A model generated the notes under the pieces. It did no database searches, was not told where the DNA came from, and saw only the letters and a list, made by a program, of their open reading frames with translations. Of a stretch of 64,000 bases of DNA, positions 1 through 13,159 are shown piece after piece (the stretch's first letter is position 1; each line of letters opens with the position of its first letter). Location of the stretch: positions 18,218 to 82,217 of the forward strand of contig NMRA01000054.1 of NCBI GenBank assembly GCA_002633005.1. The letters run 5' to 3'. The DNA comes from Phoronis australis. Lineage: Eukaryota; Animalia; Phoronida. The position numbers were made by a program, and so were the translations under genes.

Positions 1-392
1 ATAGTTGGTAAACCTTAATTTATAAATTCAGTTTATTTCTATTATATTTAAGTTTTCAATTGGTTTTGAGTAAAAGCATTATTTGACAAAAATAGCCCGG
101 CTTTTCTTAAAAGGTCACGACCTCCGACCCCGGGCCTCTGACCTAGAAAGTAGTTACAAAGCCGTGGAGAGTCAGAAAAGGCAAATCGATTCATTGCAAT
201 GTTTCTCGTTTAGTATGTGGTATAAATAGATTATTACATGTTCTCAGCCGTTATCCCCCTTATCTAGAGCCCTCGTGGATTTTGGAGAATTATCACCCTC
301 GGGGCTAACGCCCCTCGGGCGATAATTCTCCAAAATCCACTCGGGCTCTAGATAACGGGGGATAACGACTTCGCCATGTAATAATCTATATT
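1..392. mobile_element. Right part of a non-autonomous repeat ending in a ~164 bp palindrome (copy 1, truncated by window start)
   Basis: 1-392 closely matches ~6143-6533. Long imperfect hairpin at 226-389 (atagattattacatg...catgtaataatctat). Confidence 0.75.
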
Positions 393-1613
393 TATGTAGC
401 ATGTATTCTATTTAATAAATGTTGTATGGCTAAAACAAATTCGTGTAGGTATTCCTATCGGTAACAACGTTGCACCTTCATCATTCTGTTTCCATCTCTG
501 CTGTGACAACTAAACAGCTTGAACTCACATCTCGCACTGAGCTTGTCTATTTGTACATAAAAGGGAGAGTTTCAGTGGTGTCATTTCTACAAAAAAGTAC
601 ATTAAGTTATTTGTTTAAACTTTGCTTTGAGTAAAGTAATATCAGTTTATAGAGGAGATTTTATTGTTCCTTTTAGGAGCGAGACCTGAGGAGAATAAAA
701 GGTTTTCTAAAAAGGCTGACGTGCACTGGAATAGAAAAGCGGAGAGTGAAATACTACGACTGTGAGGAATATGTGAAATGAACATGAGTAGGCTTATTTT
801 ATCCCTAGCTGATGACACAAAAATCGTGTCAGCTAAAGACAACCAGAACCCATGTGTATGGTATAGGTGGCGTACATCTTGAAAAAGAAGCCATTTAATC
901 AGATTTTTATTGCAGTAAGCTGCGATGTGATTTGTGTGCATATTTCAATATTTCAAATAACATGTTCCACCTATTTTGGATTACTTTTATAAGACACGAA
1001 AATAAATGCGCAGTGGTACATGTATGCCTTCTGTAACCAGAACAAAGTGCTATGCACAAGATTCACGCTAGCAGTGGGAATGCAGGCAAATAAATCGGAA
1101 TGATCGTACGAGGATAATCAGTGACGCTTTGTTATTCGTGACAAAAAAGTCAATTCAAGACTGCGTCCAGTAGACGCTAGAAACTTTTATAAATGCAATA
1201 TCACACAGGGGTCAAACAAAAGGGATACAATTCACGGTGCGCGACTCGCTTCAATTGCTTCGCCAGCCCAGCTTCATAGTAAGCATCTTATGTGCAGAAT
1301 TTCTGCGCACGAACTGGTTAAGAATTTGCACCAGCCGTGAATGCTAATATAGCAAGACAATTTGGCAATGCGTTAGGCATAAAATTGCACAACTTTATCC
1401 CAAACACACAACTTTGTGGCGGTAATACTTTATGACAACTCGGCACTTGAATTGCTACAAGCAAAGGCAACACACCTGAAATTTAACCTTGTTCGTCTTG
1501 GCGTTGATCGGTAAGTTCGAGGGCAGAGTCTTGTCACATAACTCAACTGCCCTTACTGATGTAACAGTCTAAAGTAAAATAGTTCTAAGATCTTAGATCT
1601 GTAGTGCCGTCGC

Positions 1614-1806
1614 ACATGTAGAGCTACGAGCTGAGCTGGCTACCACAAGTAAACGACAGTTGACAGCTCATGTCGAACACAATTCAATGAACTAGTTCCT
1701 GGGCTATTTAACCCAATGTTACCGTATAGGCATGTCTTGACGTGAGCTGCGAACTCCTCTAACGTTCGCTTGAGGCATCCAGCTCAGCTCTGCTTATACA
1801 TGTAGC
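1614..1806. repeat. Degenerate foldback/MITE-like inverted repeat
   Basis: acatgtagagctacgagctgagctgg (~1614-1639) pairs with ccagctcagctctgcttatacatgt (~1779-1803). Inner arm cagctcatgtcgaaca pairs with tgtcttgacgtgagctg. Confidence 0.55.
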
Positions 1807-2208
1807 TCTGTGTCCATGCTGAGCCCAGATAGTACAGACAACGCTACGTCAGTATCTTTTGATGGATTCATGGAAATAATCTAAGTATGGGTGACAGGTT
1901 GCGAAACGCCTCGTGCATGTTAAAAATAGAATTATTCACGCAAGACCACAACTTGAGAGTGTTGCGGTACCCTTCATGACAAAACAAAACGGAAAAAACA
2001 CAAAAAATGGTAAAAGCTGAAAGGACTGAGGTGTGCGGTACTAAATGAAGTCGAACATATTTTCAGCATTGATAACGAGCCCGAGATTTACGAGCTGTTT
2101 CACATAGAGATACATGGGCATAGACTGAAAGAAATGTGAAAATGAATCAAGTTACAGCACAAAAATATTCCTTGCTCATTAGTAACTTTTTACTCTCTGC
2201 AAATATTA

Positions 2209-3531
2209 TTACGTATTCTGAAGTCGTTGATCAGAATGTTCACATTCACTTCGTTGTTTAAGAAAAATAGCAAACGATTCCAAAACGCACTCATCCTCGT
2301 CTGTTTCTGACGCTGACGACGACGACAGTTTGTCGTGGAACTTCTGAGCCTGGTGTTTCCGTGGCGGCCACTGGCGAAACCAACGAGAAGGGCGGAAGTT
2401 GTAATCGGAATTATCAGAATCATACTCATAATCTGTCGGTTCCTGTAGAAGAGCGTCAACAGGCAGCAACTCAGCATCCTGAAAACTTAAATTACTTCCA
2501 CTGCTCCACTCCTCATCGGACGACATGACGACCGAATCTGAGATGATTGACGAAATGCCATGCTCTACAGAAACTTTGGTTTTGATTTTTGCGCATGACG
2601 ATTTGCTAACGAGATTTTCCAGTTTTACTTTTGGAAGATCGACGTTACTTGTATCCATACTGTCACTCCTAGGCTTTTGACTGCTGTTAAGTGCCGAATA
2701 AAAATTAGACATTGTACTTCTTTTAGTCTTTGTGCTCTCAGCTTCCTTACTACGCTGAATAAATGGCAATTTACCCGGTTGGATTGATTGCACCGTCCCC
2801 GGAACGATGATCTCGAACAGAAAGTCGTTAGATTCTAGCTTCTTGATTGGGTATCCTGAAAATTTTGCAAGCTCTTTAATATCTTCCAGGGGCAACCCAG
2901 GAGAAGGAATTCTTGGACGAAGACGACCTGTTTTAAAGAAAGTTAGTCGCTGGTCTGGACAGAGTGGGTCCCAATATAGTTTCTTGTCGTCATGAGTTTG
3001 CGCACTTTTGCATGAATACAAATTTTTCTTGAAGATGGAAGACTTCATTAAATGCCCGATTTTCCCCGTATTACGCTTAATTCTTGGAGGTTGCTTTTGC
3101 AGCAGAATCGGGAAATGCTGTTTATAAAAATCCGGGGTTAACCCTCCTGTCTCCGTTTTAACACCAATCGTCGTACCTTCGTACACGTGCCAGCGCGAGA
3201 ACAAATCTCCTTTGTCAGTAGATTGACGCAAAAACTTTTTTTTTGTTAGCACTGGCTTTCTCAGCAGAGGCAGTTTTGATTGCGCAACAGGTGGCTTTAT
3301 TTTAGACGGATAGAGCGGAAAATGTTGAATATCTGGCAGTCTTTTTAAGTCCCTGAGAAGCTCTTGTCTCTCTAATGTCGGTACACTTTTAATTCGATAG
3401 GTATTGCGGATAGTTTCAATTGCCCTTTTAACTTCTTCGCTGATTTGTACCACTCCCTCCTTGTCCTCTTTACTCGCTAATTTTGGCAAAGAATCTTTCA
3501 CTGCGTCAAACCATCGTTGAAAGGGCTTGTT
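2209..3531 (-). CDS. Large terminal coding exon (~440 codons) of an uncharacterised protein; K/P-rich then Ser/acidic low-complexity, probably disordered
   Basis: A 430-codon ORF in AT-rich DNA with no transposon motifs. The frame extends to a good acceptor (ttttcctgtttccag|AAC AAG CCC, phase 0, NKPFQRWFDAVKDSLPK...), so the track's GTG start is not the real start. Upstream exons not identified. Confidence 0.75.
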   Translation of the reverse strand, partial: NKPFQRWFDAVKDSLPKLASKEDKEGVVQISEEVKRAIETIRNTYRIKSVPTLERQELLRDLKRLPDIQHFPLYPSKIKPPVAQSKLPLLRKPVLTKKKFLRQSTDKGDLFSRWHVYEGTTIGVKTETGGLTPDFYKQHFPILLQKQPPRIKRNTGKIGHLMKSSIFKKNLYSCKSAQTHDDKKLYWDPLCPDQRLTFFKTGRLRPRIPSPGLPLEDIKELAKFSGYPIKKLESNDFLFEIIVPGTVQSIQPGKLPFIQRSKEAESTKTKRSTMSNFYSALNSSQKPRSDSMDTSNVDLPKVKLENLVSKSSCAKIKTKVSVEHGISSIISDSVVMSSDEEWSSGSNLSFQDAELLPVDALLQEPTDYEYDSDNSDYNFRPSRWFRQWPPRKHQAQKFHDKLSSSSASETDEDECVLESFAIFLKQRSECEHSDQRLQNT

Positions 3532-3849
3532 CTGGAAACAGGAAAACCATGCTCAACTATGAACAAAACAACGACAAATTTAGCCAGTAACTTCATACCA
3601 AGAAAGCAGCTGTTTGGTCTCCATTCACTAACTGCGTTGATATGAACAACAATGATTTATTAATCTTCCAGTTTGTTGTATATGTATGGCATACGTCGCT
3701 GTCGCATTAAAAACTGTAATGTCCGAGAAACAAGTTGGCCAACTGTTAAGGAAATTTTATTTGTTTCTCCGGCGGCCAAGGATCCATTTGTTTGAGATCC
3801 CAGTCTTTCGAACACCAAATCCCAGGTACCTAAACTACACGGTTAACGT

Positions 3850-4140
3850 ACTCATAAACACTGTCACGGACGCATGAACACGACTCACGGACCTGCAAAC
3901 ACCGTCCACTGACTCACAAACACGGGAACGGACTCACAAAATACGATCCATTCACCCAAATACACGGGACACGGGCTCAATTTACAAGGATACTCGGTTA
4001 ACGGACCGCCAAACACGGGTCACGTACTCATCGGCCTTCTGGGTCAGCTGACATCTACATTTTGTCAGTAAACCGTGTTTCTTCGTGAATGTGAGTCCGT
4101 GTCCCGTGTATTTGTGTGAATGGATCGTGTTTTGTGAATT
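3850..4140. repeat. Foldback element with short cacgg/ctcac sub-repeats
   Basis: tcacaaaatacgatccattcacccaaatacacgggacacgggctca (~3935-3979) is the near-perfect reverse complement of ~4092-4137. Confidence 0.65.
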
Positions 4141-4179
4141 CTTTAGGAGAATCATAGCAAAGCCCGTGAAAAGTGTGTT

Positions 4180-5675
4180 TAATGTTGCACTAAATGACCC
4201 GAAACTTTGTATTTCGAATTGAATTAAACGTACCAATCAGACTTGTGAATTTGAAGTGTCTAGCTCATAATTTTAGTTTGCACTCAATGACCTTTGACCT
4301 ATTCTCCCTGATTGGATGGCCCTATTGCTTAGTAAAGTAGAATATTTGATGGGCATGTGGGTTTACACCACTGTGCTGGAATTGATGAGAATTCCTTGAA
4401 AAATGTAGGAGAAATAACCGTTTGAAAAGTAAATGACCGTTGCATTAATTGACCGTATCCAGTGCATTACAAGCCTCTTAAGTAGAACTACTGCAAAGTC
4501 TGTGAAAAGATTTAATGCTGAGAATCACAGTTGTTTAAATGCTGACATATCAGAATACTTGGTGAATGAAAAGGTCAATTTTCAGTGAAAAAATGCACCT
4601 AATGACCCCATGATTGCACCAAATGACCTGAAACTTTGGATTTCGAATTGAATTTTTTTACCAATCAGACTTGTGAATTTGACCTGTCTAGCTAAAAATT
4701 TTAGTTTGCACCTAATGACCTTTGACCTGTTTTTTTCTGATGGGATGAGTCGAGTACTAAAAAAAGTATTTTTTTATTTGCCTTGTTGACTTATACGTGT
4801 GCACCGAATTTCAAAATGAGAGCTTTTAAACAGAAGAAGGGCCATTTTAAAAATTATATGACATTTGCACCAAACGACCTCTCCCGGTTCAATTTGGAAC
4901 ATGACCATATAACGAATCAAAATTTATGTACTGTCAAAAATCATATGCTGAATTTGAAGAACATACTTGCAGCCATGTTGGAGTTATTAAGCCTCGAAGA
5001 TGGTCGGAAGAAGAATAAGAAGAATAAAAACTAGAACGCCATTGCGTATGCGCACTTACAACTCTGCGAGTGGTACATGTATATGTATGTGCATAGCGAA
5101 TTATAGGGACATTACATTGCACAGAAGTTGCATCCTTTGTGTGAAAGAGAGAGATGCCCCTGGTAACTATGAAAGAGCAAGAGTTAAGAGTAAAAATATC
5201 AACGGAAAACTGAACCTAATGACCCCAAAGTTTGTGACTGAATCTTCTTTACGAATGAAAATTATATACGTGATTATGTGAGGTCTAGCTCAAAAATCAC
5301 ATTTGCACATAATGACCTTTGACACGGATACTCGGTTCCCTTTTGTGCAATTTAAATTCCGAGTAAGGTTCGGAGGAACTTTTCTAGTGCCTGCTTTTTA
5401 TTAAGATTCGGAGAGTCTACCTAAAAACCTGTAGAAGAAGAAAGCAATTTGACGGAATGCACTCTCTGACCCGTTTCGGATCAATCCGATGCATTTTGAA
5501 TCAAATCCATGTGATCAATAGAATTTGATCGGCAATTGGTTGAACCACCCTGAATATGAATGTCCTTAATGACCCCAAAGTTGCACCTAGTGACCCATAA
5601 AGTTTGTGACTGAACTTCCATTGTGAATGGTAATCATATCATGATTACGAACAAAGGTCTAGATCAAAAATCAAT
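4180..5675. repeat. Interspersed repeat(s) built from 'gcacctaatgacc/tgacctttgacc' subunits
   Basis: ~135 bp direct repeat at ~4185-4320 vs ~4615-4750. A second pair at ~5213-5300 vs ~5585-5675. aagaagaat microsatellite at ~5008-5030. Confidence 0.6.
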
Positions 5676-6533
5676 ATAGCCTCGAATGGCAGATACAACC
5701 GTGTAATAACCCATAAAGTTATCTCACTTGTGAGATAACATTTTGCCATGAAACACAGGCTGGATTCGAACCCGGGCCTCAAGTTTCGAGTAGCCGACTT
5801 TACTACTACATCACACAGCGGCTGACGTCATCGAACATGAAAATAGAATACTTAAATGAGCACGCGCAACAATCGCATGTTCAGCAAAGGGCATTGCACC
5901 GACATTTATACGTTATGAAAAATAAGACGCATAATTTCCATAAAAACGATGTTTTGATTTAGTGAAATTTTTCTCTCGTGTTCTCTCACTTGTAAATCAC
6001 CGATCTCCAATTTGAATGCAGGTATCGTGTCGTCGGAATCCTTTGACTTGAACATTATAGTCAGTTACTAGTGGTAACCAACTTTAGCAGCAGATATTTT
6101 CCCGGTCGAAGCTTAGCGTGATAAAATGTGTAGTAAGCTATAATAGTTGCTAAACCTTAATTTATAGATTCACTTTATTTCTATTTTGTTTTGTTTTTCA
6201 ATTTGTTTTGAGTAAAAGCATTATTTGATAAAAATAGCTCGATTTTTCTTAATAGGTCACGACCTCCGACCCCCGGCCTCTGACATAGAAAGTAGTTACA
6301 AAGCCGTGGCGAGTCGAGAAAGGTACACCAATTAATTGCAATGTTTCTCGTTCAGTAGGTGGTATAAATAAATTATTACATGTTCTCAGTCGTTATCCCC
6401 CTTATCTAGAGCCCTCGAGGATTTTGTAGAATTATCACCCTCGGGGCTAACGTCCCCGGGCGATAATTCTCCAAAATCCACTCGGGCTCTAGATAACGGG
6501 GGATTACGACTTTGCTATGTAATAATCTATATT
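5676..6533. mobile_element. Longer copy 2 of the palindrome-ended repeat, with an antisense tRNA-like A/B-box segment
   Basis: Interrupts the preceding repeat at ~5675. Minus-strand tgatgtagtag...ggttcgaatcc at ~5757-5820. Hairpin at 6368-6530 matches 226-389. Confidence 0.65.
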
Positions 6534-9500
6534 TATCCTATACGCGTGATGGTATGCCCATGAATAACAGGTTCAATTGTGAAGTTTTATATGGAAAAAC
6601 TACTTTTCCGTATTCAACGCGCGTTGAACATGAATTTTACGTATTCAACGCGCGTTGAATACGGATGCCTCTTTTCTCTCCAAAATTCCCAACTGAGCAC
6701 ACAATACACAACAATTGAAACATGATTCTTTATATATACCATCAACTTGGGTTTAGCCCCTATCGCAATATTTCCACATGTTAAACAAAAAAGTGAACTA
6801 AAAATATTGTTGACAATTTTTCTTAATGTACCTCGAAATTTTGCACCTGAGCAGAATACTTAAATCACAAAAAAGTCTCGAACTTGCCACAATATATTTG
6901 GGATTAGGAATGCAGTATGCATTATCAGTGCATGCCACCTTTTGGTCAACTATTGCACTACACTAGTTGAGGTATTTTTACGATCAAATATGAGTCAATT
7001 TTTAAATTCGTTCTCAGAACAAACAAAATAATTCGAGCCCAAAAGCAAAACTGCAACTACAGTAAATAGCGTATTTTTGTCAATTTCATGATAAATTTCG
7101 GAAAACCTTCAACCTAAAAATGATAAGAACTGCGCGCAAGGAGCATTTTAAGAAGCGTCTGAAAGTGCATTTACCACAACGTCTGGGTGTCCTGCACAGA
7201 ATTACTCAACGAAGTCAAGAAAAATCGTCAGAAACGTAAGCAAACTTTAACTTAGAAATGCATTTAGATCAATCTGTGAGGAAAATACTGAAAATAGCAG
7301 ATATGCACCCCAAGCCTTTAGCTACTGTAAAACTTGAATACCGTGTCATGCAGGCTGCAAAAAATTAATTCATAAAAATGTTGCGTGGACGTATACGTGT
7401 CACGCGATCTGCAATCATCATTGATAAAAGATGGCAAACAACACAAAGACAAGCGGAGCAATCTGTGTAAACCCGCTTCTTTAAAGAATACTCAATGGAG
7501 CGTATAGGATAAATTCGCCCTCGTTCAAAAACTTTTGCATATCACGAATCTCGATATTATAACCACTGGTACAAACACGTACGTCGTATAACCTATATAT
7601 AACCATAGACTATAGTACATGGACCGCCAACTCCGTATACTTTCAATGGACGAAATTTGTGCTCTTACGCACAAGCCCTTACGTCATTATTCACTGACGA
7701 CACCTTTTCTGGTGCAATTTCCGGCAAGTACGTTGTCTGCTAAGCATGGTCGACTGCTGCGTGGCCGGTTGTTCGGCCACACACGCGAAATGCAAAGGCG
7801 TTAGCTTACATACCAACCAAAGACCCCATAATCGGCTGGGGGAAGAAAAGCTTATTTCTTGAGTCAACGTGAATGGCAGTTGTTTCAGCAATAAGGCTTT
7901 ATACATTTGTTCAAGGCACTTTTAAGATGAACGTTTTATAAGAGGCTCTGGAAGGCCTACTACTTAACCCTGTCTTCTCAAATCCATTTTTGTTTTCTCC
8001 GTTTTGATGAAAACTATCTGGTAAACTTTTTGACGAAAATTGTCAACTAAATTTCTCCCAAAGGTATTGACTCGTAAACTCTTGTCCTTACGAGCAAGTT
8101 CAGCCATAGTCTAGTGAGCGAATTAACCAAATTACGCTTCGCTGGCCCTGATCAGACGGTTGGTCTCAGCAGAATGCGCACATTTGGCCAGGATTTGGAT
8201 CAGCGATTTCAACAAATAAGTATAACCTTTAACATAAATAAGGATTACATTAATACTTCAGAAATAACCACCTGGACCAGTCAAAATCTATCTCGCAATT
8301 CAACAGCAGGTTACACAATCATTTCATGTCTAATATATGCGCACAAATTCTCTCGACTGCAGTCTATGAAATTGCAACCAACTTCTTTGAAAGCATGGAA
8401 CAGGAACACCAGAGGGGTGTGAAGGTTGTTTTTATCCTCCAAACGTTTTTTAAATTTTCGCCTTAAAAGGTCGGCGGAGGCAAGTTACAATGCATGGATT
8501 TTGACAATGGGGTTTATTATGGATATCAAATAATATAGTAAAAAGTTATTTTAAAATCCAAAAAATGTTTTTTGTATGGATTACAGCACATCCATTATTT
8601 CCATGTAGTCCAATGGGGAAATGGGTAGTAAGAGTGGAATTTCAAAAGGCTTTTATTAAAAAGTGGTTCCTAACTATTTAAAGTGAGATATTTTCTTCTA
8701 CCAAACTAGGGTGAAATAAAAATATTTCATCGTCAATATTGTGGGAGTTTTTTTTAAGTTCCTGTGAAATGCCGCCTAAAACGCAGAATTTTGGGCAATT
8801 CTATGAAGCTCTCCAGCATTGGAGGTAAAATTGAACAGTTTACCAAAACAGGAAAATCGATAGCGTCTGTTTGTACAGCGATTTCCTTCGAAATTTGGCT
8901 CTTATTTATGTACGGATACATAGTATTTATTTAATAATTAGTAGAACAATGTTTATATGTTGTGTTTACTTCGCGTAGAATCGGTTGCTGTTAATACAAT
9001 AGCACTCAGCAGTGTTTAGTGATCATTAGCAGGCCCCGCCAGACTCGATTTCCTAGTCAATCGACGAAAGTCTGTGCTTAAAATTCTTGCTACATGTAGT
9101 TTGATAATGTATTAAGCAATTTTTAGTATTCCCTCCTTCAACTGGTTATCATTTTAAGAACTGGGTCGTGTACGGTGATTCCCTCATAAGTCGACGTAGC
9201 GTGGGCTTAACAAAAGCTAGCCTTGGTACAAAGCCAGCTGGCTAGGCTGGCTAAACATAAGTCAACGGTTCAGTCAAGGTGACGTTTTGATATACGCCTT
9301 TTGGATAATGGAGTAGAATTTTTGACAATATTCAGTACAAAATTGGCAAAAGAATAAAACTGCTAAAGGGGAGGGGGGCATATTTTTGCCACAACGTGAG
9401 TAAAATACAAATATTTCTTTACAAAAATTCCCAAATATCAAGGAATGTGTATCACAACTACACACTTCAGTGCAAGTTTTCTAATGTAGAATATTCATTT

Positions 9501-9820
9501 TCTATACAGAAGATTCAGTTACACAAGTTATGTAATATACAGCCAGTTTTGAAAAGCCGCCGACTTTGAAAAAGTGGTCTGTGAAAAGTTAAATCATTGT
9601 ATACCATATATGCATAACCCCCAAAAATCGCACCAGAGTTTATTCTTATTTAATAGTAAGACACTGGAATACCCACAATAAGAATTGTCAATGTCAATTC
9701 AAAGCAGCACGCCACCAAGAACAATGTGTTTTCGATTTCAATTTTATAGACCACCTCAATTTATAATCACTATTGCCCATCAACAGGAACTCCTCATTAT
9801 TTTTAAACTGAGGTTACTTT

Positions 9821-10112
9821 CAGTGGCGCATCCAAGATAACATAAGGGGGGGCAAGATGTTGCCTCGGAGAATTGGGCGCAATCGTATGCACAGGCGGCC
9901 CGAAAAGAAGTTGCGGGGGCTGGCGATGTGAACCTTGGTGTACCCAAATTCTATCTGACTAGTAACACGGTTCCGCCGCATTCTATCCCCCCACTGCCAT
10001 TCAAAATTGGTGCACTCGATTTCTTCACGCTGCCGCTGTTTAATTTTCCTTGCACCAGCCAAAGGGGGGTGGGCCCACCTGCCCCCCCCCCAAAAAAAAA
10101 AATCCGCGTATG
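9821..10112. mobile_element. CAGTGGCG(G/C)ATC-type MITE with G/C-run interior
   Basis: Starts cagtggcgcatcc and ends aatccgcgtatg. Same style as 30701-30939 and the end at 36663. Confidence 0.5.
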
Positions 10113-10119
10113 ATTTTAA

Positions 10120-11701
10120 AGGAGAATGCCACTCGATTCAATTAGTCTTTTTTGCCGTCTTAATCGGTCTATATCCACATCGCCTCGCATACGGTCGACG
10201 TTACCTCGCCAAGAGGTGTCGCGTTAACCTGTGAGGAAGGTGAGAAACGACGCTAGCGACGTCAGTGGTTCATATGCAGAGTGAATGCCGCAATGTTGCT
10301 GTGCATCGTTCCCGCTTGTCCGAACTAAACAGCTTCCAGGAAAGCGGGTATATCGTTTTTTTTGCTTCCTCGAGAGTCCGAAATGCTTAGGAAGTGGCTC
10401 ATGGTAGTGAAGAATGAAATCTACGCTGTAAATAGCAAGTATGAGGCCGTGAAACTTCTCCGTGTCTGTGGCATGCAGACGTCGACAGTGCCTCACGAAT
10501 GCCGGCTTACCAAATATCCATACGTTCCGTTGTCTGAGCTTGTTCACGACGCCTCTCTAGTATTTCTTCATCACTGTATTCTTGTTCGAATTGATAGCCT
10601 GTAAAACTTAATGATCCACCTGCGAAGTCGGGACTGATGAGCTCTACCTCGTCCTAAGTCGGTATTGCGAGTTGCCATGTTGGCGTTTATTACTGAGCGT
10701 TCTGTTTCAAAATGAATTATTCTCACTCTAACCAATACTTATATGAAACTGAAACAAAGTCTCTGTCTCATTAGATGCAATTTGTAATGCCTTTGGAGTT
10801 TTCGTGAGAGCAAATGATTTGAGAAGCCAGCAATGAATAAATCACTGCCTTACCGGCTTTAGGTGCAATAAAACTAATTGACGGGTCACCGATGCCGTGT
10901 GAGCTCATGCTAATTTAGTGTTTGTTGGCAGAAATTGTTGTGAAACAACTCGATTTCCATCCCACGGCCAGGTGTTAGGGGAATCTTTATTTACATTTAT
11001 ATTACTCAAATAATGATTGTCAATGTACAACTTCTGCCCTGACGTGCTGTGGCCAAAGCGGAACCTGAATTCGCGGCCCCCGACGAGTAAGTAGATTTGC
11101 AGTTTCGTGGCTAATTCACCAATATAATCACGCGACATTACTTTGGCTCACTATTATAGCATTTTCTTTACTGGAAGTTGATTTTCCACTGAACTTATTG
11201 TTTATGTTCGTGGTGTTTCCGAGCCACTGACCGGGATAACGAGTCAATCCGGCCGGCCGCGACTGGCCTGATCGGGCTCCGAGCCACTGGCCAAGATAAC
11301 AAGCGTTTTGTGTTTAGAACTCAAAAAATCACAAGTCTAAACAAAACAGATCTAGGTTCTCCTGTCTGTATCTCACGGAAAATACTTCGAAATTACCTCC
11401 GACCACACCCCAAACGCCTGCTACGGACCTTATTGGCCTGCCGAACTTTGTACGGGTTTTACATCGAAGTTTGATGATTTATTGGTGTTAAATGATTACT
11501 TCAAGCGATAAGCTGACACCAGTAATCCGTGTTGTGAACTGTTGAGCACACTGCGTGTGAAACCGATGACGTCTTTGGATAATTTCAACACCTCCGTCTG
11601 CCGTCAGGTGTCAGGTAACGCAACCATACGTGTTGTTATGGAGTAGAACTACTCGACCTAAATTGATACAAATTAGGTTGTTTTTTGGGAGGCATGCTCC
11701 T
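10120..11701 (+). mobile_element. Full-length non-autonomous Kolobok-like DNA transposon with a degenerate THAP domain
   Basis: TTAA at 10116-10119 and 11702-11705. TIRs AGGAGAATGCC / GGCATGCTCCT (10 of 11 match). Broken THAP frame from ~10285 (CIVPACPN..ISFF..PRESEMLRKW..RVCG). Confidence 0.8.
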
Positions 11702-13159
11702 TTAATGCCAGAAACATTTGAGTTTTCCATCTCACGTCAAATTATAATTTTCTACCATCCTTTTTTGTTTTCCAGTTTCACTGGGCAGAAAATAATAGTA
11801 CATGCCGACCATTATGAGTCTCTAAGTTCAGTAATGGGCAATGGTTTTGTAATAAAATGAATGTTGAAAAGGTCTCTTAATATTGGTATCGAACAAACAT
11901 GACGGTGTGTTTATTTTGCAATAACTCTCACATCTTTATTGAAATGTAATTACAAAGGAAAATTCAATGTAATTTAGAATTGTGACGATAGAACAGAAAC
12001 AATAAGTTTCCTAACATGTTAACTAGTCTATGGTGACCTTCGTACCATGAAACATGGTCCAGTTACGCATATCATTGTTTTACTTGTGGATTGCCTGTCT
12101 TTTAGTCATTATGTCCTTAATAGAACAACATCTAACTCTGGACAAAGCGTGCGATTCTATGAAAAGAGGTCATTAAACTGCAAGAATCTAAAGACAATGC
12201 AAATAATAAATAAAAAAAATGTTCATATGCAAAAGAACTCGAATGTCTATTAGTGTATTATGATCTTCAAGTAATGTAAAAACATACATAACTAGCTTCT
12301 AAAACACATACTTTTAACCATAAATTAGATGGAAACAGGAATACTTCAGAGTTGCACCATCATGAACTACTAGATAATGTATACATAACATCTTATCTAG
12401 AAAGGCAACACCTATGTGAAATAACTTCACATAAAGGTGACAAAATTTCTATATTTCATGGACACAGAAGTTCCACTAATCTGTCAAATGATTTTGGAGA
12501 GAGTTTATCCAAGTTTAGCTGAGTCTGAAAGACTTCTCTTGAAGTCTGCTCAATGTTACATAGAAGACTATGTACTGTGTGAAACAAAATGTGTGGATCA
12601 AAATCAAAAAAACAAACTAAAGCAAATCATTTCCAACACACAGGAAGTCTAAAGTCTATGTAAATCAATCAAACCTCCATAAAATAACCTTATTTTGTGT
12701 CATCCACCACCAGAAAAGAATAAACGAGACTAATATTATGCAACAAGGGTTTACAAGGCAATGGTAAACTAGGTAGAAAATGCACCGATTTTGGTTTCAC
12801 CGACTGTAAGCGTTCAAGAGTGGCACACCCTAAATCGTGTAAAATCACTCCACTCGTATCACCAGCAGTTTAGTACACATTTCAGCATTTATAGAAAACC
12901 ATAAAACTATCCGTAAGACATCGACTCATTCAAGGGTTCAACAACAGAAGTAAGCCACTGTGATGAGACTAAGCATTGCTACTGGAATATATATTGATAG
13001 GTTTGAGTCCTAATCAAGTAGCTTGGAAATACAATGGCATAGGTGACCACCAATTGCCCATTCGTACAAACATCACAATGACTTCCCACACCCCCAACCT
13101 CCGCCGGTCAGCACCCGCTGATGAAGGGGTGAACACATATATCCTTTAAAAAATCTATT

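Noticed and set aside
7810-8420. Possible upstream exons of the 2209-3531 gene (MYKALLLKQLPF..LWGLWL|gtatgt; YLLKSLIQILAKCAHS..)
   Set aside because: A phase-0 donor exists, but every frame from the best acceptor (~7947) hits a stop and phases between segments are inconsistent. At most degraded exons.
7964-9210. piggyBac-like TTAA-CCC start at ~7964
   Set aside because: No matching GGG-TTAA inverted terminus or transposase sequence found.
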